From IMG/VR virus record IMGVR_UViG_3300031836_000398: a stretch of 64,000 nt of DNA. One strand, written 5' to 3'. Each line of letters starts with the position of its first letter. Positions within the stretch are counted from its first letter, which is position 1. Position numbers and translations under genes: made by a program. The notes beneath the pieces are model-generated. The model was not told where the DNA came from, did no database searches, and was given only the letters and a program-made list of their open reading frames with translations. Source of the DNA: an uncultured virus (IMG/VR IMGVR_UViG_3300031836_000398). Taxonomy: Duplodnaviria; Heunggongvirae; Uroviricota; Caudoviricetes; Herelleviridae. Below, piece by piece: positions 58,660 through 64,000 of this stretch.

Positions 58660-58774
58660 ACCAGCACTCCGGACTCGAACCGGACTTCGTGAGTATGGGA
58701 AAAGGATGACTTGGGGAGCCTTTCACTCCAGCCTCCGGGGTATGAGCCCCGGCGTTCTTCTCGACCTATGTTGC
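58660..58774 (-). pseudogene. tRNA-Met(CAT)-like element with a ~45-nt variable-region insertion
   Basis: CCGGGG-CTCATA-CCCCGG-AGG anticodon arm and TCCGG-TTCGAGT-CCGGA T-arm; imperfect acceptor stem. Confidence 0.55.
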
Positions 58775-58989
58775 GTGCAAGCAACAGTGAGGTTCGGCCA
58801 CATCGTTTCCGGCGAGTTTGCACGCTCGTCCTTCTGCGATGTAGTTGAACTACCGCGTCAAATCCCATCCCGATCACAGCTTTGCTGGGATCCACGCCCC
58901 TTTGTGGTTAGTGACGGGTGATTGTGGGTGACAACAACGGGCCCAGTCACCGTGATGGTGACCAGGCCCGCTGTGTTGTCTTGCCGGGC

Positions 58990-59688
58990 TTACTTGACCC
59001 AGTCGTCGAGAGCGTCGTCGAAGTACGCCACGCGACGGAAGTCCGGCGCTTGCTGGTTGATCAGCGGGTCGGCTACAGTGCGGTCAGTCTCGTACTGGGT
59101 GTGCTTTCTCTTGTTGCCAAGACTAGGCGCATCGGTGAACACGATGGTGTGACCCATCTGCGATGGATCATTCTCGCGAGGCCACACGGACAGTGAGACT
59201 CGGGTCGAGAGGTGTTGGCGTGGCTTGCCTGTGTAACTCCAGTTGAGAGCATCGAACTCGAGCTTGCGCAGCATCTGCAGCGGCATCCCGGTGTCAGATT
59301 TGGCGAGGAAGCGTTTCAGAGCGTCGTACCCGCAGAGATCCAACGAGTACGCGGCATTCCAACCGTTGCGTAGCCCGGTGGCGAATATCTCGAGTGTTTC
59401 CTCGATCGGTTCGTGTTGCGCTGTTTGATCGCGCAGGCGCTCAGGTAACTGGAAGTCAGCGTTGTCAGCTTCGAGCTGCCAGCTGAGCATCGTTGCCCCA
59501 GTGTCGGGCAGACCCTCGGCGTTGATGTACCGAATCCATACAACCCACTCGATCGGCATTCCGTCGATGGAACCAACCCCGACGCTGACGTGGGCAGCAC
59601 CGGCGCGAATTGCTTGGATGGCTGTGGTGATGATCTGTTCTGGGATCGCCCGTGAAGCATCGGTGGACATATCTGTATGTTCGCTCAC
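58990..59688 (-). CDS. hypothetical protein
   Basis: GAGG RBS; ~230 aa. Confidence 0.6.
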   Translation of the reverse strand: MSEHTDMSTDASRAIPEQIITTAIQAIRAGAAHVSVGVGSIDGMPIEWVVWIRYINAEGLPDTGATMLSWQLEADNADFQLPERLRDQTAQHEPIEETLEIFATGLRNGWNAAYSLDLCGYDALKRFLAKSDTGMPLQMLRKLEFDALNWSYTGKPRQHLSTRVSLSVWPRENDPSQMGHTIVFTDAPSLGNKRKHTQYETDRTVADPLINQQAPDFRRVAYFDDALDDWVK

Positions 59689-59738
59689 GGGGAGCCTCGT
59701 TTCTTGTAGGAAGTAAAGAATGAATGGTGGGGTGAGTC

Positions 59739-59777
59739 GCCGGCGGCCGGCCACCAATTTGGTGGCCGGCCGCCGGC
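59739..59777. terminator. long perfect GC-rich hairpin
   Basis: GCCGGCGGCCGGCCACCAA-T-TTGGTGGCCGGCCGCCGGC downstream of the SLOG gene. Confidence 0.55.
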
Positions 59778-59791
59778 TAGAGGGTTAGCCC

Positions 59792-60349
59792 TTAGAGTCC
59801 GAGCTCAGAAAGCGGAAGACCGCCTTGATTGTCGAGGCTGATATTGCGTTGCTGTGTTGTGTGCTGCATCAGCGCGATACCGGCGTCGCCGAAAGGGAAC
59901 ACACGTCGGCCCCAGATCACGAAGGTCGGAACTCCGGCCTTGCTTGCTTCTGCCACGCAGTGCCACGTTCCGCGCGAGCTCTCCTTCCGGTCTTGACCGG
60001 GGGCGAGTGCTTGCGGATGCGTGGGGAACGCCAGGCACAGATCAACGTTGCTGTTGATCATGCGCGTGTTGCGATGGAAGCCTGCCAGCTTGCAGCGGTC
60101 ACCCTTCTTGTCCCAGTCGGGGCAAGAGTCGCTGTGTTGATTCCACTGGGCTGGATGTGGCTCGGTGGGCATTCCCAGCAGCATTGCTTCACCAGCGAGC
60201 ATCAGGTCAGCACCACGAGCAGCGCCATGGATCAACGTGGTCGTGGGAGCTTGCGTGTCCAGCAGCAACATGCCTGCCTTCAACGCAGCCGACGCCAGCT
60301 CGGTGTTGTTCCAACCACGGCTACCAGTCATCAGGATGCGGGCGCTCAT
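59792..60349 (-). CDS. SLOG-superfamily protein (DUF2493/YspA-like)
   Basis: ILMTGSR.W, IHGAARGAD, AG..RN..M, LAF and SRGT motifs. Confidence 0.85.
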   Translation of the reverse strand: MSARILMTGSRGWNNTELASAALKAGMLLLDTQAPTTTLIHGAARGADLMLAGEAMLLGMPTEPHPAQWNQHSDSCPDWDKKGDRCKLAGFHRNTRMINSNVDLCLAFPTHPQALAPGQDRKESSRGTWHCVAEASKAGVPTFVIWGRRVFPFGDAGIALMQHTTQQRNISLDNQGGLPLSELGL

Positions 60350-61011
60350 GAACGAACCCCGTCACTGATCGAGGCGTCTTCGTGCCAGTCCAGCTCAGGC
60401 GCTTGACCCATCGGAGAGCTGTCCTCCAGGCAGCGCAGCACCAGACGTTGCTCACGAGCTTCGTAGAGAGATTCACGAATGTCCTCCATAGCTCGGTGAG
60501 CAACACAAGAGCTAGGCGCCACGGTGGGAATCAGCACGGGTGCCCAGCGGGCTAGTGCTTCACGAATACCCGAGATGTCGATGAGACGGTAGTGGAGCAC
60601 TGCGGCTACCAGCGGCATCTGAGCTTCGATGAAGTTCAGATCGAGACGCACGCTGGAACCAATGATGATGCCGCGGGTATCTATGGACGGATGAGCTTCA
60701 ACACCAACACCGTGCTGGATGAGCCACTGCGATGCGTCGAAGTCCACGGTCGCCAGGGAGACGGTCGAGTTCTTGACTTCTTCGAGCAGACCCGAGCGGG
60801 TGTGCATGTTGGTGACGTACTCGTTCATTCGCTCAAGCTGAGCTGGCTCAGCGTGGATGACGCGGCTACCGAATTCGGCGATGACGTCGAGGTTGTCATC
60901 AACCAACAACATGGCGAACTCGAGAATGGTGTCCTTGACGGGATCGAGACCGGTGGTCTCCAGGTCAATGGGCACGCCCAGACCGAGAGGTGTGGAGGTG
61001 GGTGCAGACAT
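60346..61011 (-). CDS. orn: oligoribonuclease (DEDDh)
   Basis: IDLETTGLD, MHTRSGL, LHYRLIDIS and HRAMEDIRES motifs. Confidence 0.9.
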   Translation of the reverse strand: MSAPTSTPLGLGVPIDLETTGLDPVKDTILEFAMLLVDDNLDVIAEFGSRVIHAEPAQLERMNEYVTNMHTRSGLLEEVKNSTVSLATVDFDASQWLIQHGVGVEAHPSIDTRGIIIGSSVRLDLNFIEAQMPLVAAVLHYRLIDISGIREALARWAPVLIPTVAPSSCVAHRAMEDIRESLYEAREQRLVLRCLEDSSPMGQAPELDWHEDASISDGVRS

Positions 61012-61127
61012 GTGGGCCTTCTTTCAATAGATGAGATGCAGAGATGCAGAGATGCAGAAAAAGAGGCCGTGGGCTGAAGTGATTCACTTCTAGCGCACGG
61101 CCTCGGTAGACCCAGAGGGTCAAAGAT

Positions 61128-61247
61128 TTAGATGATGGTGACGCGACCGTTGGAGTAACGCAGCATGTAGCGTCCACCAGCGGTAATTGTGACGTTGACC
61201 ATTTCGCCGGTCTTGGTGCGGTGTAGTCCGGGTGCCATTGTCACCAC
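61128..61247 (-). CDS. 39-aa microprotein (not in ORF track)
   Basis: GAAGGG RBS; MVTMAPGLHRTKTGEMVNVTITAGGRYMLRYSNGRVTII. Confidence 0.45.
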   Translation of the reverse strand: MVTMAPGLHRTKTGEMVNVTITAGGRYMLRYSNGRVTII

Positions 61248-61423
61248 GTCCCTTCTCTTTGCTGATCGTCAGCGGATTTTGATACAAGGCGTTTCCTCGT
61301 CACAGAGAATCCCGAGACAGCTCTGCTGGCTTCGTGTTCTTTCCGCACTTCAGCTTTTGCTGTTCACGTCTGGGCTGGAAGCCGGGGCGACTCCGGCCCA
61401 GACGTTCAGGAACCTGCGGTTTA

Positions 61424-61774
61424 TCAGGGCACGCGCTGCACAGGTGTCAGGAGTAGTTCGAGTGACTCGCGCATGTTTGCCAACTCGATCTTGAGTGTCG
61501 CAATCTCGATGTCGCGTGGGTCAGCTACCCCAGCACTTGCTTGCTGCGAGCCTGTGCGAGTGATGCGATCAACAGCGCCGTACTTTGCAGCCTCTTCGAG
61601 GATGAGCAGGCGCACTGATGGTGATGGCGAGACTTGCGCGTCCCACCATTCGAGACTGACGTGATCGTCTTCCGGAATTAGCAGGCGTTTACGTCCGGGG
61701 GTCGCTTGCGATGCTGCCGACGCTGTGACGTCGATGTTGATACGAGCAGTGATGTTGGTTCGTGTTGAACTCAT
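61424..61774 (-). CDS. RHH-like DNA-binding protein, paralog of 62253..62678
   Basis: EWWDAQ...SVRLLI.E...G.VD.I.R. Confidence 0.6.
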   Translation of the reverse strand: MSSTRTNITARINIDVTASAASQATPGRKRLLIPEDDHVSLEWWDAQVSPSPSVRLLILEEAAKYGAVDRITRTGSQQASAGVADPRDIEIATLKIELANMRESLELLLTPVQRVP

Positions 61775-62252
61775 TGATTTGTCCTTTGTGGGAGGGATGT
61801 TGAGAAGCCGGGGCTTTCTCCTGGTTCTGTGTGGCGACTAACTCCGGGTGCAGGAATCACCAAACAGAGAGTCCTGCCACACCCGATCCCGCTCTGCGGG
61901 ATCACCACAGTGGCGCAGATGTGCGCAACAACCCCTGCCCCACCCATCGTTGCCTCATCGAGCTCGTGTTGCGGGCGGCAACGCATCCCTGAGGCCACGA
62001 ATCTGCGCAATCCGCAGAAGTGGCCCTTTCCTGCCCGTTAGCAGACCGGAACGCGCCCAGACATGGGCGGTGTTGCCGGGTTCGCTGCACTTTTACTGCT
62101 CCCTGACCAGAAGTGGAACAAAAGAATCCCAAGATTGACCAAGATTGGGTCGCAACTGGCGCGTTATGTACATAATGTCGGGATATGCTTAGAAACGAGT
62201 AGAAAACACTCGGTAAGTACTTATATAATACTGATCACAGAAAGGATGCGTC

Positions 62253-62678
62253 ATGACCAACTCCCTGAGAAATGAAGATGCGAACGCTTCGGCGGCATCG
62301 TCTTCGAGCGCACCCACTTCAGTTGGCCCTCAGACCCAACGACTTCGATTTACGGTTCCCGCTGCCGATCTAGCGGTACAGGAATGGATCGACGCCCAGG
62401 ACAAGTGGAACTTGTCTGTTCGGGGGTTGATTCGTGAGTCCATCGAGCGCGACGGCTTTGTTGATTTCATCAACCGCCCCGTGCGCCAACAGCCCCGCCG
62501 TGGTCGCCCATCGGTTGCCGATGATGCCGACGAGCAGTTCGAGCAGCCCGAGGCACAGCGCGAAACGGCCCCGTTGGCACCAGCCCCTGTTGCTCACTCG
62601 CAGCCCGAGTTTGAGCCGGAGCAGTCAGCCGCAGAACAGGTCGAGGTCTCCGACCTCTTCGGTTCGCTTCGTAACTAG
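62253..62678 (+). CDS. putative ParR-like RHH adaptor
   Basis: Beta strand RLRFTVP, then EWIDAQ...SVRGLIRE; disordered tail; directly upstream of ParM. Confidence 0.65.
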   Translation: MTNSLRNEDANASAASSSSAPTSVGPQTQRLRFTVPAADLAVQEWIDAQDKWNLSVRGLIRESIERDGFVDFINRPVRQQPRRGRPSVADDADEQFEQPEAQRETAPLAPAPVAHSQPEFEPEQSAAEQVEVSDLFGSLRN

Positions 62679-62729
62679 CCCCACCCCTCCACTTCACACT
62701 TCAAAACTTTCCTGAAAGGAAACCCACAC

Positions 62730-64000
62730 ATGACTACTTCGATTTCTCTCACCGGCGGCGTTGACGTTGGCAATGGCTACGTCAAGGGCATCATCCGTGC
62801 TGCAGTCCAGTCGGTGTCTGTACCTGCTGACGAGGTCGACCTGCCCAGCGGTGTCGCACTGATCACTCGCTCCAACTCGCTGCCGATCGCTGACATTGAT
62901 GCACCGGCTGTCGTTCTCGGCGATTTCTTCAACGCGCTGGACATTAGCTTTGCTTCGCCGCTCATCGGCGACCAGTACCGTCGTCTCTTCGGGACTCGCG
63001 CTCTCACGGCACAGGGTGCCTTTGACGAGTTCGACGTTGTCGGACACCGCAGCAAGGCTCAGCAGGAGCTCAGCAAGGTTCTGGTCATGGGTACGTTCGC
63101 GGCCAAGGCTCTGCGTGACTACGTGCGCCTCAACGGTGCGCTTCCTCCCGCTGACGAGGCTCTGAGCGTTTCGGTGCGTGTTGCACTGGCTCTGCCGATC
63201 AACGAGTACCTGCAGCACCGTACGGCCTACGCCGCTGAGTTCATGACCGGTACGCACACCGCGACCATTCACAACTTCGAGACCTCGGTGTCGATCAAGC
63301 TTCGCTTCATCGACGTTCAGGTCATCCCCGAGGGTGCATCGGCACAGTACGCGATCACCGCCAAGGGTGAGCCTTTGATGGACGCCATGATTGCTGACGT
63401 GCGCAAGCGCGGTGTTGCTCTTGAGGGCATCACCTCAGCAGACGTGCTCGCGGCCAAGAACACCATCGGTATCGACATCGGTGAAGGCACCGTGAACTTC
63501 CCGGTCTTCACTGCTGGCAACTTCAACGCTGATGCGTCGACGACGTACGCCAAGGGCTACGGCTCGGTTCTCACTGATGCTCTCAAGGCAATGGAAGACC
63601 GTGGCTTCGCTTCGGGCTTCACGTCGCGCAAGCAGCTCGCAGACTACCTCCAAGCTGGCCCCTCGCCACTGAAGAAGAACTTCTACGACAAGGTTGCGAG
63701 CTTCGTTGAGGAAGAAATGCGCTTCTTCGCCAAGGAGGTCGCTGAGCAGTTCGGTCGTGTGCTGGCTGTAGTCGGTGCCACCACTGAGGTTGCCTACGTT
63801 TACGGCGGCGGCTCTGGCCCGATCAAGCAGTACCTGTACCCGGCGCTGCTGGCAAAGGCCACCGAGATGAACTCGGTTGATGCGTTCCCGGTGCTGTACC
63901 TCGACTCGAGCTACTCGCGCCACCTCAACCGTGAAGGTCTCTACCTCGCGGTGGAGACCATCGAACGCAAGGCTCGCGCTGCGGCCTTGTCCAGTGAAAC
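62730..64000 (+). CDS. ParM/StbA-family actin-like partition ATPase (runs off the window; absent from ORF track)
   Basis: AAAGGA RBS; GGVDVGNGYVKG, VIPEG, IGIDIGEGTVN and VYGGG actin-fold motifs. Confidence 0.88.
   Translation, partial: MTTSISLTGGVDVGNGYVKGIIRAAVQSVSVPADEVDLPSGVALITRSNSLPIADIDAPAVVLGDFFNALDISFASPLIGDQYRRLFGTRALTAQGAFDEFDVVGHRSKAQQELSKVLVMGTFAAKALRDYVRLNGALPPADEALSVSVRVALALPINEYLQHRTAYAAEFMTGTHTATIHNFETSVSIKLRFIDVQVIPEGASAQYAITAKGEPLMDAMIADVRKRGVALEGITSADVLAAKNTIGIDIGEGTVNFPVFTAGNFNADASTTYAKGYGSVLTDALKAMEDRGFASGFTSRKQLADYLQAGPSPLKKNFYDKVASFVEEEMRFFAKEVAEQFGRVLAVVGATTEVAYVYGGGSGPIKQYLYPALLAKATEMNSVDAFPVLYLDSSYSRHLNREGLYLAVETIERKARAAALSSE

Noticed and set aside
61032..61058. 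GAGATGCA x3 (also TGAAGACAG x2 at ~54869 and the GCTGTT run at ~55732)
   Set aside because: Short slippage repeats with no evidence of function.

Overview
This GC-rich window looks like part of a large actinobacterial extrachromosomal element (megaplasmid or phage-plasmid-like). The host assignment rests on WhiB, DUF3039, EspR-like and LAxTG sortase-substrate genes. Almost all genes are on the minus strand. No virion, relaxase, T4SS, integrase, transposase or CRISPR genes are visible. The element carries a near-complete DNA replication and repair kit: a divergent family-B-like DNA polymerase, a D5/SF3 helicase, a separate AEP-type primase, SSB plus an SSB-like protein, RecJ-like DHH, RarA, SNF2 with VRR-NUC, UvrD, DprA, and a WGR-ligase interrupted by a stop codon. 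An iteron-rich candidate origin lies at about 38.85-39.3 kb, and a ParM-like partition module sits at the right end. Accessory content includes a MoxR-VWA-Clp-UvrD cluster, two tandem mosaic surface-protein paralogs, an orphan MazF, an ECF sigma factor, nucleotide and RNA-end enzymes, one intact tRNA-Asn and three aberrant tRNA-like elements. The most unusual signal is a series of 270-390 nt intergenic elements between 38.5 and 62 kb. These fold into multibranched structures preferentially on the + (antisense) strand and often carry DNA-type GNA/GNNA loops. All family calls come from motif recognition by eye and all folds from manual pairing; no database search or folding program was run.
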